From contig CBFGSY010000003.1 of NCBI GenBank assembly GCA_965651545.1, positions 1-40,623 of the forward strand: a stretch of DNA of 40,623 nucleotides. Reading direction: 5' to 3'. The notes below the pieces were generated by a model. The model had not been told where the DNA came from, made no database searches, and saw only the letters and a program-made list of their open reading frames with translations. Of the stretch, positions 18,367-27,949 are shown piece by piece. The translations under genes were made by a program, and so were the position numbers. The DNA comes from an uncultured bacterium. Lineage in GTDB: Bacteria; Chloroflexota; Limnocylindria; QHBO01. Numbering within the stretch: position 1 is the first letter of the stretch; each line of letters begins with the position of its first letter.

Positions 18367-19259
18367 GCGCCGATCGCGATCTTCAGCGCATCGTTCGGTC
18401 GTGGCTGCGCGAAGACGGGCACGAGGATGCCGACCGCGTCCTCAACCTCGCCCTCGATGAGCTGGACACGACCCCACAGCGCCGAGCCGGTTGGCTGGCG
18501 CGGAGGTTACCAATCATGAGCAACGGTACGGTTCGCTACGGCATCGCCGCCGTGGCAGTCGCCGCCGCCGTCATCCTCGGGCTGAACTTCCTGCCGCAGG
18601 ATGTCGGCGGCCCAGGACCAACCTCGACACCAACGCCCACGCCAAGCCCGAGCCCTTCAGTGCCGCCGCCGCCGATCTCTGACGGGTCGCTGGACGCGGG
18701 AACTTATTCGTTCGACTTTGAGCCCGCCATTACAGTCGACGTGCCAGCCGGCTGGGATGGGTGCTGTGGTGGGGCCGCCATCGTCGCTGGCCAAGGGCAG
18801 GGCGCCGCGATATTCGGGTATGACGATGTCACCGGCATCACCGTGTACGGCGATTCCTGCCAATGGATGGACAGCACCAAATCGCAGCCGCGGGGCGCGG
18901 AGGCGATCGCAGCTGCCCTGGCCGCGCAACCCGGCCGAGCGGGCACGGACCCGACCGAAGTCAGCGTTGGCGGCACACGAGCATTTCATGTCCGGCTCAC
19001 CGTCCCCGTAGACCTCGAAACCGCGGTCCAGCCGGACGGTGACGCCGACTTCATTGGCTGCGATGGAAAGCAGTACCGGACCTACGAGACGGTTGCGGGC
19101 AGCATCCGATACCAGCAGGGGCCTGAGCAGGTCGACGACTTTTACATCGTCGACGTGGCCGGCCGCACCTTGTTGTTCGACCTGAGCCACTTCCCACGAC
19201 GATCGATTTCCCAGGTGGATGAACTCGAGGCGATGCTCGCCTCAATCCAGATCGACTGA
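18363..19259 (+). CDS. Putative anti-sigma factor (single TM, Pro/Thr linker, extracytoplasmic domain)
   Basis: ATGA-coupled to the ECF gene. Short N-terminal cytoplasmic domain, TM IAAVAVAAAVILGLNFL, PTSTPTPTPSPSPS linker and a Cys-containing outer domain. Confidence 0.7.
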   Translation: MSADRDLQRIVRSWLREDGHEDADRVLNLALDELDTTPQRRAGWLARRLPIMSNGTVRYGIAAVAVAAAVILGLNFLPQDVGGPGPTSTPTPTPSPSPSVPPPPISDGSLDAGTYSFDFEPAITVDVPAGWDGCCGGAAIVAGQGQGAAIFGYDDVTGITVYGDSCQWMDSTKSQPRGAEAIAAALAAQPGRAGTDPTEVSVGGTRAFHVRLTVPVDLETAVQPDGDADFIGCDGKQYRTYETVAGSIRYQQGPEQVDDFYIVDVAGRTLLFDLSHFPRRSISQVDELEAMLASIQID

Positions 19260-19270
19260 CAGTCGGTGAC

Positions 19271-19304
19271 GGCGTACGGGATCGGCTTCCCGCTCCCGTG
19301 CGCC
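19271..19304. terminator. Hairpin between convergent genes
   Basis: GGCGTACGGGA-N12-TCCCGTGCGCC. Confidence 0.4.
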
Positions 19305-19343
19305 CACGCCTCAGACCGGGCCGCGATCTTTCCGGAAGCCCCG

Positions 19344-19865
19344 TTACCAGCGCTCTTCGTGGATGATCTCGTCAAGTGATACGCGGCCGCCTGGCTTGTT
19401 CGGGGCGCTGAGTTTCGAGGTATCCGCCGGGTAGCCGAAGGAGAGCAGGAAGTCGCAGCGCCGGTCATCGGGCAGGCCCAGCAGGCGGCCGGCGAGATCG
19501 AGGTCGTACACCGTGGCCGGCACGCTGCCGATGCCCAGCTCCCAGGCCGCCAGCACCATGTTCTGGGCCGCACGGCCGATGTCCCACATCAGGGTCCGAA
19601 GCTGATGCTCATTCCTGGCGTGCGGCCGGATCAGGGCGATGGCCAGGGTCGCGCCCGCGAGGTGGTCAGCGTAGCGGCCGACGCGAGACAGCTCGCGCAG
19701 GTGATCGCGATCACGGACGACGACGAACGCCCAATCCTGTCGGTTCTTCGAGCTGCCCGTCCGCCGCCCCGCGTTCAGGATCCGCCCGAGCGCCTCGGGA
19801 GGGATCGGCTCGTCAGAGAACTCGCGCACCACCCGGACGGAGTTGATCGCGTTCCAGGTTTCCAT
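19344..19865 (-). CDS. Nitroreductase family (FMN) protein
   Basis: AINSVRVVREFSDEPI, GSSKNRQDWAFVVV, DIGRAAQNMVLAAWELGIGS, LSFGYP. Confidence 0.92.
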   Translation of the reverse strand: METWNAINSVRVVREFSDEPIPPEALGRILNAGRRTGSSKNRQDWAFVVVRDRDHLRELSRVGRYADHLAGATLAIALIRPHARNEHQLRTLMWDIGRAAQNMVLAAWELGIGSVPATVYDLDLAGRLLGLPDDRRCDFLLSFGYPADTSKLSAPNKPGGRVSLDEIIHEERW

Positions 19866-19902
19866 CTGCGCATCCGCCCTCGCCGCTACGGTGTTCGAGT
19901 TG

Positions 19903-20072
19903 TAGCCGATCTTGCCAAATCGCGACGTGGTCGACCTTAGGCGAGGATTGGCGAGGATTCACTATCAAGGTGGCCTCGGCGACCCACGCTTACGCTCATC
20001 CATAGCCGATCGCCTTTGCTCCGGACTCCTGTGTTGCGGCTAAGCGCGATCAGGCCGCGATTTGGCAGGATC
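19903..20072. repeat. Intergenic element with long imperfect terminal inverted repeat (MITE-like or structured)
   Basis: GATCTTGCCAAATCGCG (19908) against CGCGATTTGGCAGGATC (20056), 16/17 match, extendable to about 33 bp. TAGCCGATC recurs at 19903 and 20003. Confidence 0.65.
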
Positions 20073-20102
20073 TCGGACGGCGCACCGCGACTGGAGCAGG
20101 CA

Positions 20103-20819
20103 TCACCTGTCCACCGCGATTCGGATGCGCTTGTTGATGCGGCCCTTTGACTCGTAACCGGTGACCTGCACGCGACCGATCTCGGAGGTGCGGGTGACGT
20201 GCGTGCCACCATCGGCCTGCAGGTCAAGCCCCACGATCTCGATTGTTCGCACTTCACGAATGCCCTCCGGCAGGAGGTTGATCTTGGTGCGGATCAGGTC
20301 CGGGATGGCAAAGGCATCCTCACGCGGCAGGACCGCAACCCGGATCTCACGGTCTGCGGCGATCTCCTCGTTGACCCGCGCCTCGATCTCCGCCACCAGC
20401 TCGCCGCGCATGGTCTCGAACTCGAAGTCCATCCGACCGGATAGCGGCTCCATGTTCCCGCCGGTGACCGAGGCTCGGTGGTCCCGCCAGATCACACCGC
20501 ACAGAACGTGCAGCGCCGAATGGGTGCGCATCAACGCGTGGCGCCGCTCCCAGTCCAGCTCCGCGCTGACGGCCGCGCCAACCGGCGGCGGCGGACCCTC
20601 CACGACGTGCCATATGTCGTCTCCGCGCTTTCGGGCGCCGGCCACGGTCCACGCATGGGACTCGGAACGCAGCGTGCCGGTGTCCGGGGGCTGCCCGCCG
20701 CCACCTGGATAGAAGACGGTCCGGTCCAGCAGCACCTCCCCGGTCGCCGCGTCGACCGCGGTTACCGTGGCGTCGTTATGGCGAGCGTAGGCGTCCCGGT
20801 AGCAGAGGTTATCGCTCAC
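20103..20819 (-). CDS. alaX: AlaX-type free-standing Ser/Gly-tRNA(Ala) editing protein
   Basis: LDRTVFYPGGGGQPPDTG, MRTHSALH (HxxxH), DLQADGGTHV. Confidence 0.92.
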   Translation of the reverse strand: MSDNLCYRDAYARHNDATVTAVDAATGEVLLDRTVFYPGGGGQPPDTGTLRSESHAWTVAGARKRGDDIWHVVEGPPPPVGAAVSAELDWERRHALMRTHSALHVLCGVIWRDHRASVTGGNMEPLSGRMDFEFETMRGELVAEIEARVNEEIAADREIRVAVLPREDAFAIPDLIRTKINLLPEGIREVRTIEIVGLDLQADGGTHVTRTSEIGRVQVTGYESKGRINKRIRIAVDR

Positions 20820-21448
20820 CCGGAGGAGGGAAGCGGGTCGCCACTGGGAGGCGTGACCGCACCGCCCACGAACAGGTCCAGGGTCGACTGGATCTCGGCC
20901 TTCAGCTGATCCCGCGGCAGGGACCCCGCCGCGCGAACCAGGGTGCCACTGATCAAATCGACGATCTGGTTGGCGTATGAGTCACGCTGCTCCGGGTGCC
21001 GCAGCAATCCCTGTGCGGCGAATCGATCCAGCATCTGGTTGACCACGGCCGGATAGCCCATCGTCTCCTGCGCGCGGCGGCGGCGCTCCGGGTCGGGATG
21101 GGTCGTCTCCCTGGCTACCGCCGCGATCAACGCCGGCTCTCGGGATGCCAGGTCGGCAAGCGCATCGGCGACGCCCTGGAAGAAAGCGTCCGGCGACTGG
21201 TTCGGATCCTCAAGGGCGGGCCCGGCCACCTCCTGCACGTACCGTGCGCCGATCTCGCACAGGATCATCTCCTTGTATCCGAAATAGTTGAAGACGCTGG
21301 TTCGGCTCATGCCGGCGGCGCGGGCGATGTCATCCATGGTGGTCGCTTCGACCCCGCGTTCCGTGAACAGGCGCGCGGCAGCGTCGACGAGTGCTCGCCG
21401 TGTGTTCGCCTTCTTCCGTTCACGGATGCCCATGCTGGCCGCCGACAT
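20816..21448 (-). CDS. TetR/AcrR-family regulator
   Basis: RERKKANTRRALVDAA..LF..GVEATTMDDIARAAGMSRTSVFNYFGYKE. The start may be 21433. Its stop overlaps the alaX GTG. Confidence 0.92.
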   Translation of the reverse strand: MSAASMGIRERKKANTRRALVDAAARLFTERGVEATTMDDIARAAGMSRTSVFNYFGYKEMILCEIGARYVQEVAGPALEDPNQSPDAFFQGVADALADLASREPALIAAVARETTHPDPERRRRAQETMGYPAVVNQMLDRFAAQGLLRHPEQRDSYANQIVDLISGTLVRAAGSLPRDQLKAEIQSTLDLFVGGAVTPPSGDPLPSSG

Positions 21449-21571
21449 CTGGTCTGGTCTGAGTCGAAACCCCCAGGGACGTGAAGGCTAGCAGCCACCG
21501 GCTCAGACGCAAAGCGGGATTGCTGGCATGATGCAGCCCGGACAAGTCCCACTGAACCGATGAGGCTTTCC

Positions 21572-23257
21572 GTGGATTTCGGCGCCGTCGTCGACGAGGT
21601 GCTCGACGGGTACTTCCGGCTGAACCCGGTGCACGCCACCGAGGCCGGTTATCACGCCTTCGACGACCGCTGGCCCGACCTGACCGATGACGGCCGCCAA
21701 GCCACGCTGGCCTGGCTGACCGATGCGGCCGCCCGAGCCGACGGGATCGCCGCGGATGACCTGACGCGCGATCAGGCCATCGACCGGCGGCTGCTGTCAC
21801 AGGCCCTGGCGGCTGACCGTTTTGCGGAAGAGACGTTGGATGAGGGCTCGTGGAACCCGCTCAGCTACGTCTACCTGTTCGGCACCGGCCTATTCACCCT
21901 GCTCGCCCGCGAGTTCGCGCCGGCCACCGAGCGACTGCGAAGCGCCGCGGCGCGGCTGAATGCGCTGCCCGACGCCCTCGACCAGGCACGCACCAGGCTG
22001 CTGGCTGGGGGCAACCGGCCGACCAGCCGCCTCCACACCGAGAAGGCGGTCGAGCGTATGCCGGGGCTGCTGGACCTCGCCGATACCGCCGTCGAGGAGG
22101 CTCGGAAGCTGGACGACCAGGAACTCGGCAAGGACGTGGCAGCGGCCGCAGAACGGGCCCGCGCCGCCATCACCGGCTTCACCGACTGGCTGCGCGACGA
22201 CCTGCTGCCGACGGCCACCGGCGACTACCGCCTGGGGGCCGAGCTGTATGCCCGGAAGTTCGGTCACGCCCTCAAGACAGACGTGACGCCGGCCGAGCTG
22301 GAGCGGCGGGCCGAATCGGCCTTCCAGGAGATCCGAGCGGAGATGCTCCGGCTGGCGCAGGAGCTATGGCCGACCTGGATGCCGGATGAGCCGATGCCGG
22401 ACGCCGAGGGCGCGGTCGTGCGACGGGTGCTGGATGCGATTGCGGCGGACCACCCCCAGGCCGAGCAGTTGCTCGAGTTCTCCCGTGCCGAGAACGAGCG
22501 AATCCAGGCCTTCATCGCCGAGCGTGACCTGGTGGGGCTGCCCGACGAGCCGCTGCAGATCGTGTGGACGCCGCGCTTCCTGCGCTCCTTTGGCGGAGCG
22601 ATGCTCATCCCGCCCGGGCCGCTGGACCGCGGCCTCGACTCGTTCTTCGCGATCACGCCGATGCCGGATGACTGGAGCGCTGAACGGCGCGAGTCCTACC
22701 TGCGCGAGTGGAACAGCCGCTTCCTGCCGCTGCTCACCATCCACGAGGCCGTCCCAGGGCATTACCTGCAGCTGGCCTATTCGAACCGCAGCGATTCAAA
22801 GCTGCGGGCCATCTTCCAGTCGGGCGTGTTCGCCGAGGGCTGGGCGGTATACATCACCCAGGTGATGATGGATATCGGCTACCGAGCCGATGACCCGGCG
22901 GTGATGCTCGTCCACTGGAAGTTCTACCTGCGAGCCGTCACCAACGCCCTGATGGACCTGCGCATCCACACCGGCTCCATGGACGAGCAGGAAGCGATGC
23001 AGCTCATGGTCGAGGGTGGCTTCCAGGAGGAAGGCGAGGCCATCAACAAGTGGGATCGAGCGCGCCTGACATCGACCCAGCTGTGCGAGTACTTCCTTGG
23101 CGCGGTCGGGATGTTCGACCTCGAGGCGGAGGAGCGACGGCGTGCCGCAGCCGCCGGCCGCGATTTCGTCTATCGCCCCTACCTTGAATCGGTGCTGGGA
23201 CACGGCACGCCACCGATGCCGGTCATCCGCGACATCCTCCACGCGGAGCAGGGCTAG
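21572..23257 (+). CDS. DUF885 family protein (putative Zn metallopeptidase), copy 3
   Basis: HEAVPGHYLQ, FAEGWAVY, STQLCEYF. Start is GTG 21572 (GAGG upstream) or ATG 21560. Confidence 0.9.
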   Translation: MDFGAVVDEVLDGYFRLNPVHATEAGYHAFDDRWPDLTDDGRQATLAWLTDAAARADGIAADDLTRDQAIDRRLLSQALAADRFAEETLDEGSWNPLSYVYLFGTGLFTLLAREFAPATERLRSAAARLNALPDALDQARTRLLAGGNRPTSRLHTEKAVERMPGLLDLADTAVEEARKLDDQELGKDVAAAAERARAAITGFTDWLRDDLLPTATGDYRLGAELYARKFGHALKTDVTPAELERRAESAFQEIRAEMLRLAQELWPTWMPDEPMPDAEGAVVRRVLDAIAADHPQAEQLLEFSRAENERIQAFIAERDLVGLPDEPLQIVWTPRFLRSFGGAMLIPPGPLDRGLDSFFAITPMPDDWSAERRESYLREWNSRFLPLLTIHEAVPGHYLQLAYSNRSDSKLRAIFQSGVFAEGWAVYITQVMMDIGYRADDPAVMLVHWKFYLRAVTNALMDLRIHTGSMDEQEAMQLMVEGGFQEEGEAINKWDRARLTSTQLCEYFLGAVGMFDLEAEERRRAAAAGRDFVYRPYLESVLGHGTPPMPVIRDILHAEQG

Positions 23258-24504
23258 GCGGCTACCTCCGCCGCGACCGCCGCTCGCAGGGCCAGGTCCA
23301 GGATCGAATGCCGGCCGGCGTCGCGATGTGCGAGCACACGGGCCGGGTCGAAGCGGTTCAGGGTCCCCATCACCACCAGCGTGAGTCCCTCATCGGGGAG
23401 ATGGACCACCAGCGAGGTGAACCCACGTAGCAACCCCGAGTGCCCATATCCGTTCAGCTTGCCGACCGGGATACGCTCGGCGCCCATCCCGTACCCGCCG
23501 CGCTGGAAATCGAGCATGTGACGCAGGCCGGCTCGGTCGAGGACCAGTCCGCCGTACAGGGCGTCGCCCCAGCGCAGCAGGTCGTGGGCGTTGGCGTACA
23601 TGTTGCCGGACGCGCCGAACGCTGACGCCCAGGACGGCGCCATCAGGTACGGCGCCCCTCGTCCCAGGAGCGCGCCGGTGCCGGACAGATCCAAGGGATC
23701 CAGCAGGCGATGGGTGAGCAGCCTGGCGAACGGACGATGGGTGACGCGCTCGACGATCATGCCCAGCAGGATGTAGTTCGTATTCGAGTACGCCCACGCG
23801 GCCCCGGGCGCAAACCACGGCGGGGGCACGGCCGAAACCACGTTCGCCGGCAGCCAGATTCGTCCGGTGTCGGCGTCCAGCCGGTCGCGCAGCGGCACCA
23901 GCAGGTCGGCGATCCCCGACGTGTGGCGCAGGAGGTGGACGACCTTCACGCCGGCTGGCACCGGCACGCCCGGCAGCAGCTCAGCCACCTCGTCGTACAA
24001 GGAGATTCGTCCCTCGGCCGCCAGCTGCAGGACCAGCGTTGCGGTGAAGGTCTTGCTGATGCTGGCGATCGCGAACGGGGATCTGCCATCCAGCCGCGTC
24101 AACCCGTCCATGCCGAATCCGCTCGCGCCGGTCCAGCCCGTGGCTCCGTCCACCGACACGCCGATCGCCAGCGCGTTCAGGCCGTAGGCGATGCGCGCCC
24201 GGTCCGTGGCTGCCTGGAGGGCAGCGGCCTGGTCGGCCTTGAACGGGACGAGCTCCGCCAGCCGGCCGGACCCCGAACCGCTGGTGGCGTCGTCACTGGG
24301 AGGAGCGACACGCGGCACCTCCTCGGCGGGATCGCTCGGCGACGGGGCGGCGCTGGCCCTTGCCAGGGCCGAGGGCGTGGCAACGTCGGGCCGCACCGCG
24401 AGCTGGCTGGGAGCGGCCGTGGGCAGCGGCAGCGCAAGGTTGAGAAGCAGCGCGGCGGCCAGCGCAAGCGACCAGCCGGCGACGAGGCGAATTGGCCTGA
24501 TCAT
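23254..24504 (-). CDS. Secreted serine hydrolase, beta-lactamase/DD-peptidase family
   Basis: SxxK (ASISKTF), LLRHTSG, YSNTNY, GHSG; N-terminal signal-like helix and a Pro/Ser linker. Confidence 0.88.
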   Translation of the reverse strand: MIRPIRLVAGWSLALAAALLLNLALPLPTAAPSQLAVRPDVATPSALARASAAPSPSDPAEEVPRVAPPSDDATSGSGSGRLAELVPFKADQAAALQAATDRARIAYGLNALAIGVSVDGATGWTGASGFGMDGLTRLDGRSPFAIASISKTFTATLVLQLAAEGRISLYDEVAELLPGVPVPAGVKVVHLLRHTSGIADLLVPLRDRLDADTGRIWLPANVVSAVPPPWFAPGAAWAYSNTNYILLGMIVERVTHRPFARLLTHRLLDPLDLSGTGALLGRGAPYLMAPSWASAFGASGNMYANAHDLLRWGDALYGGLVLDRAGLRHMLDFQRGGYGMGAERIPVGKLNGYGHSGLLRGFTSLVVHLPDEGLTLVVMGTLNRFDPARVLAHRDAGRHSILDLALRAAVAAEVAA

Positions 24505-24556
24505 CGGTCGCCAAGATGGTAGCCGACGGCGCCAGAGCGCGCGGGCTGAGAATTTG

Positions 24557-24569
24557 TTAGCATTGCTAA
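24557..24569. promoter_or_regulatory. Palindromic operator (probably MarR-type) overlapping the MFS promoter
   Basis: Perfect TTAGCA-T-TGCTAA overlapping a TGtTAGCAT extended -10, just before ATG 24573. Confidence 0.65.
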
Positions 24570-24572
24570 GTA

Positions 24573-25934
24573 ATGTCCAGCCAGCCGCCGCCACGCCTCC
24601 GAGTGGTCGGTCCCGAAGAGGGCGCCACGGCACCGACCCAGAGCCCTCCGGGAGCGCTGCGTCGCGGGTTCATCGCACTGCGGCACCGCAACTACCGGCT
24701 GTTCTGGTACGGCCAGATCGTCAGCCTGGTCGGGACCTGGATGCAGACCGTCAGCCAGCCGTGGCTGGTCCTGCTGCTCGGCGGCTCGCCCCTGCAGCTG
24801 GGGACCGTGCTCGCGCTGCAGTTCGCGCCGGCCATGGTGCTGGCGCCGCTGGGCGGGGTACTCGCCGATCGGGTCGACAAGCGCAAGGTGCTGATGGCCG
24901 CGCAGGTTGGGGCGATGGCGCAGGCGCTGGTGCTCTTCGCGCTCACGGTGACGGGCAGCGTGGAGATCTGGCACGTGATGGTGCTGGCATCGGTCCTCGG
25001 CGTCGTTGGCGCGGTCGAGATGCCGGTCCGCCAGGCGTTCGCCGCCGAGCTGGTCCCGCGCCCGGACCTGATGAACGCGATCGCGCTCAACAGTGCCAGC
25101 TTCAACGTGGCCCGCGTCATCGGGCCGGCGGTGGCCGGGCTGGCGCTGGCGTTCTACGGGCCGGCCTTCAACTTCGGCGTGAACGCCCTCAGCTACCTTG
25201 CGGTCCTGTTCGGGCTGTGGCGGATGAATGCGGACGATCTCCATCGCAGCGAGCTTGCGCAGCGCTTCGAATCGGTTCGCCACAGCCTGGCCGAGGGCCT
25301 GCGCTACGCACGACGCACCCCCAACGTCCTGTGGCCGCTCGTGCTGCTCGGCGGCATGGCGACCTTCGGCATGAACTTCCAGACGCTGCTGCCGCTGTTC
25401 GCCCGCGACACGCTTGGCTTCGGGGCGGACGGGTACGGCGCCCTGTTCGCGACCATGGGCGCCGGGTCGCTGATCGGCTCGCTGGGGCTGGCCTTCGCCG
25501 GCTCACGCCGCCCGATGCTCGGCTTGATGCTGGGCGGCGGCGTCGCTTTCGTGATCGGCGAGATCATCCTGGGACTCACGCGCAGCCCGGCCTTCGCCTA
25601 TGGGTTGATCCTGGTCATCGGCCTCACCTCGATGGTGATGATCAACATGATCAACGTGACGATCCAGCACTCGGTGCCGAACGAGCTTCGCGGCCGGGTG
25701 ATGGCCCTGTACGTCACCGTCTTCGCCGGTTCCGTGCCGATCGGCGGCTTCTTCGCCGGTACGGTCGCCGAGCTCTGGGACGCACCGGCCGGCTTCGTGC
25801 TTGGCGCGGCCCTGTCGGTCGTCTTCCTCGCCCTGGTCGCCTGGCAGCTCATCCTTCGACCGGCCAGAGGCGCCGATGCCGCATCGTCGTTCGATGGCTC
25901 ACACGACGTGCAGCGGCGAGCCGCCAACCAGTAG
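24573..25934 (+). CDS. MFS transporter (MFS_3/EntS-like exporter)
   Basis: ALRHRNYRLFWYGQIVSLVGTWMQ, GGVLADRVDKRK, NAIALNSASFNVARVIGP, ELRGRVMALY. Confidence 0.93.
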   Translation: MSSQPPPRLRVVGPEEGATAPTQSPPGALRRGFIALRHRNYRLFWYGQIVSLVGTWMQTVSQPWLVLLLGGSPLQLGTVLALQFAPAMVLAPLGGVLADRVDKRKVLMAAQVGAMAQALVLFALTVTGSVEIWHVMVLASVLGVVGAVEMPVRQAFAAELVPRPDLMNAIALNSASFNVARVIGPAVAGLALAFYGPAFNFGVNALSYLAVLFGLWRMNADDLHRSELAQRFESVRHSLAEGLRYARRTPNVLWPLVLLGGMATFGMNFQTLLPLFARDTLGFGADGYGALFATMGAGSLIGSLGLAFAGSRRPMLGLMLGGGVAFVIGEIILGLTRSPAFAYGLILVIGLTSMVMINMINVTIQHSVPNELRGRVMALYVTVFAGSVPIGGFFAGTVAELWDAPAGFVLGAALSVVFLALVAWQLILRPARGADAASSFDGSHDVQRRAANQ

Positions 25935-25947
25935 CGCGTCCAGCGCG

Positions 25948-26436
25948 TCAGCGCGTGTCGCGGCCAGGTAGCAGGACCTGCAGCTCCTCGAGGGCCGATG
26001 CCACGGCCGCTCTCCGCTCTTCGGGCAGAGGCTCCAGGAGCTCGTGCGCAGCATCGATCAGGTCGCGTCGCATTGCCGCCGCCTGCCGCCTGCCCCTCCC
26101 CGTGAGGGCAAGCCGAACCGCCCGCCGATCGCTGGGATCGCGCCCGCGCTCGACGAGGCCCGTCTCCACCAGGCTGCTCGCCAGGCGCGTCACAACCGGG
26201 GCGGTCACCAGCAGGCGGCGAGCGATCTCAGCCTGCGGCATCGGTCCTTCGCCGAGGATGATGCGCAGCACGTTGTACTGCTGGAACGTGAGGGTCTTCC
26301 AGGCGCTTCGCCGTCGCGCGTGCGCGACCAGGTGGCGCATCACCCACGGGATGGTGGCGATCAGCTGGGCCTCCAGGCCCTCGACCGCGCCCGCTCCCGC
26401 CCGCTGAGTCCCGGGCACCCGCGCCGTGGCCGACAT
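25948..26436 (-). CDS. MarR-family regulator
   Basis: LTFQQYNVL, QAEIARRLLVTAPVVTRL, GLVER..DPSDRRAVRLALT. ATG 26436 lies 8 nt after TGcTACGAT. Confidence 0.92.
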   Translation of the reverse strand: MSATARVPGTQRAGAGAVEGLEAQLIATIPWVMRHLVAHARRRSAWKTLTFQQYNVLRIILGEGPMPQAEIARRLLVTAPVVTRLASSLVETGLVERGRDPSDRRAVRLALTGRGRRQAAAMRRDLIDAAHELLEPLPEERRAAVASALEELQVLLPGRDTR

Positions 26437-27691
26437 CGGCTCCGATCGTAGCACCCCGGATCGGCGCACCCCGCTCCACCGGACGCCGCCGGCCGGGCTC
26501 ACGCTGAGCCTGCTGGCGCTGGGGCACGCGGTCATTCACGCCCAGGCGGCCCTCATGCCGCTCATCTACCCGATCGTGATCATCGAGTTCGGGTTGCTCG
26601 AACGAGACATCGGCCTGTTCATCGCCGTCACCACCGCGGTTGGCGGCCTGACCCAGCTGACATACGGCTTGCTGACCCGATACATAGCGCGGCCCATCCT
26701 GCTGGGCGGTGGGCAGCTCATCTTCGGCGCCGGTGTGATGCTGTCCGGCCTCTCCCAGTCGCTCGGGCACCTGCTCGGCGCCATCAGCCTCGCCCGGGTG
26801 GGCTCCTCGCCCCAGCACCCGGTCGGCAACGCCCTGCTGTCGGATGCCTTCCCGCAGCACCGCCGCGGCTTCGCCATCAGCGCGCACATCAGCGGCGGTA
26901 ACGTCGGAACCATGCTCGTGCCGTTCATCGGCGGCGCGCTGATCACGATCGTCGGCTGGCAGGCGACGCTTGCCCTGTTCGGGGTCCCGGCGCTGGCCGT
27001 GGGCGCGCTCATCCTGTGGCGCGTCCGCGAGGACACGCGCGCCTACCGCGCGGCCGCGCGCCGGTCGGGATCGGTGCGGGAGCAGTTCCTCTCCGTCCTC
27101 GGCCGAGGGGACCTGCGCCTGATCCTCGGTGCCGCCCTGATTGCCGCCGGCGGGCGCGGCCTGGACATCGTGGCGCCGTTCATGGTGCTCTACCTGCGCG
27201 GCGAGCTGGGCCTCGACGCGGGGACCACGCAGTGGCTGTACGCGCTGCTGCTGGTGGGTGCGGTCGCTGGGCCGGTCCTGGCGGGCATGCTCTCCGACCG
27301 ATTCGGGAGGCGGCGGACGCTGGTCTCGTACTACGTGCTCTCCGCCGTGGGCATCCTCCTGTTCCTGGCCGCCGGCGCGAACCTCTGGCTTCTGGCCCCG
27401 CTGCTGCTTCCGTTCGGCACCGCCGTGTTCAGTGAGTCGCCGGTCCTGCAGGCCTATATCGCGGACCGCGCCGTCGGCCCGATCCGTGACGTCGCGTTCA
27501 GTGTGTACTTCACCTTCGCGTTCGGGATCGGCGCGTTCTGGGCGTTCGTGATCGGCAACGTGGTGTCCACCTGGGGTTATGCCGTGGCCTTCATCGTGAT
27601 GGCGGCCTCGTACCTGGCGGCGGCCCTCCTGCTGCTCGCTATCCGCGAACGCGGCGCTGGGGCGCTCGCGGGTTCGGACCGGGCCGGCTAG
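26426..27691 (+). CDS. MFS transporter (Fsr-like)
   Basis: About 12 hydrophobic segments, HPVG, RRGFAISAHISGGNVG, GMLSDRFGRR. Start uncertain. Confidence 0.9.
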   Translation: MADIGSDRSTPDRRTPLHRTPPAGLTLSLLALGHAVIHAQAALMPLIYPIVIIEFGLLERDIGLFIAVTTAVGGLTQLTYGLLTRYIARPILLGGGQLIFGAGVMLSGLSQSLGHLLGAISLARVGSSPQHPVGNALLSDAFPQHRRGFAISAHISGGNVGTMLVPFIGGALITIVGWQATLALFGVPALAVGALILWRVREDTRAYRAAARRSGSVREQFLSVLGRGDLRLILGAALIAAGGRGLDIVAPFMVLYLRGELGLDAGTTQWLYALLLVGAVAGPVLAGMLSDRFGRRRTLVSYYVLSAVGILLFLAAGANLWLLAPLLLPFGTAVFSESPVLQAYIADRAVGPIRDVAFSVYFTFAFGIGAFWAFVIGNVVSTWGYAVAFIVMAASYLAAALLLLAIRERGAGALAGSDRAG

Positions 27692-27713
27692 AGCGCGGAG
27701 TGACGGTGGCGAT

Positions 27714-27949
27714 ATCGCTGTAAGCGATCACAGGGCGCTTTTTCTCAACGCTGGCGCGTCGTGACATTGCTGGAAGCGATCAGACGATGCGTTGATCCGC
27801 CTCGGCGCCGTCGCGCCATCGCTAGCAGCGACATTCGGGCGTGGCGCTCTCCGTGTGATCGCTGCTGGCAATAAGCCGGCGGCTGATAGCAGCGATATTC
27901 GGGCGTGGCGCGCTCCGTGTGATCGCTGCTGGCAATAACAGCCGGCGGA
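27714..27949. repeat. Intergenic array of ATCGC-N5-GCGAT-type palindromes including a 64-bp-period direct duplication
   Basis: 15-mers at 27714, 27766, 27818, 27858, 27882 (degenerate) and 27922. Near-identical units of about 60 bp start at 27823 and 27887. Confidence 0.8.

Noticed and set aside
24191-26407. 738-aa plus-strand ORF and other long shadow ORFs (2667-4169, 30282-31859, 31890-33335, 33486-34598)
   Set aside because: Arg/Pro/Ala-rich off-frame or antisense translations that overlap well-supported genes, as expected in high-GC DNA.
27714-27949. CRISPR array
   Set aside because: Repeats are only about 15 bp and degenerate, one spacer is duplicated, spacing is irregular and there are no cas genes. 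The same reasoning applies to 17602-17679 and 40447-40619.
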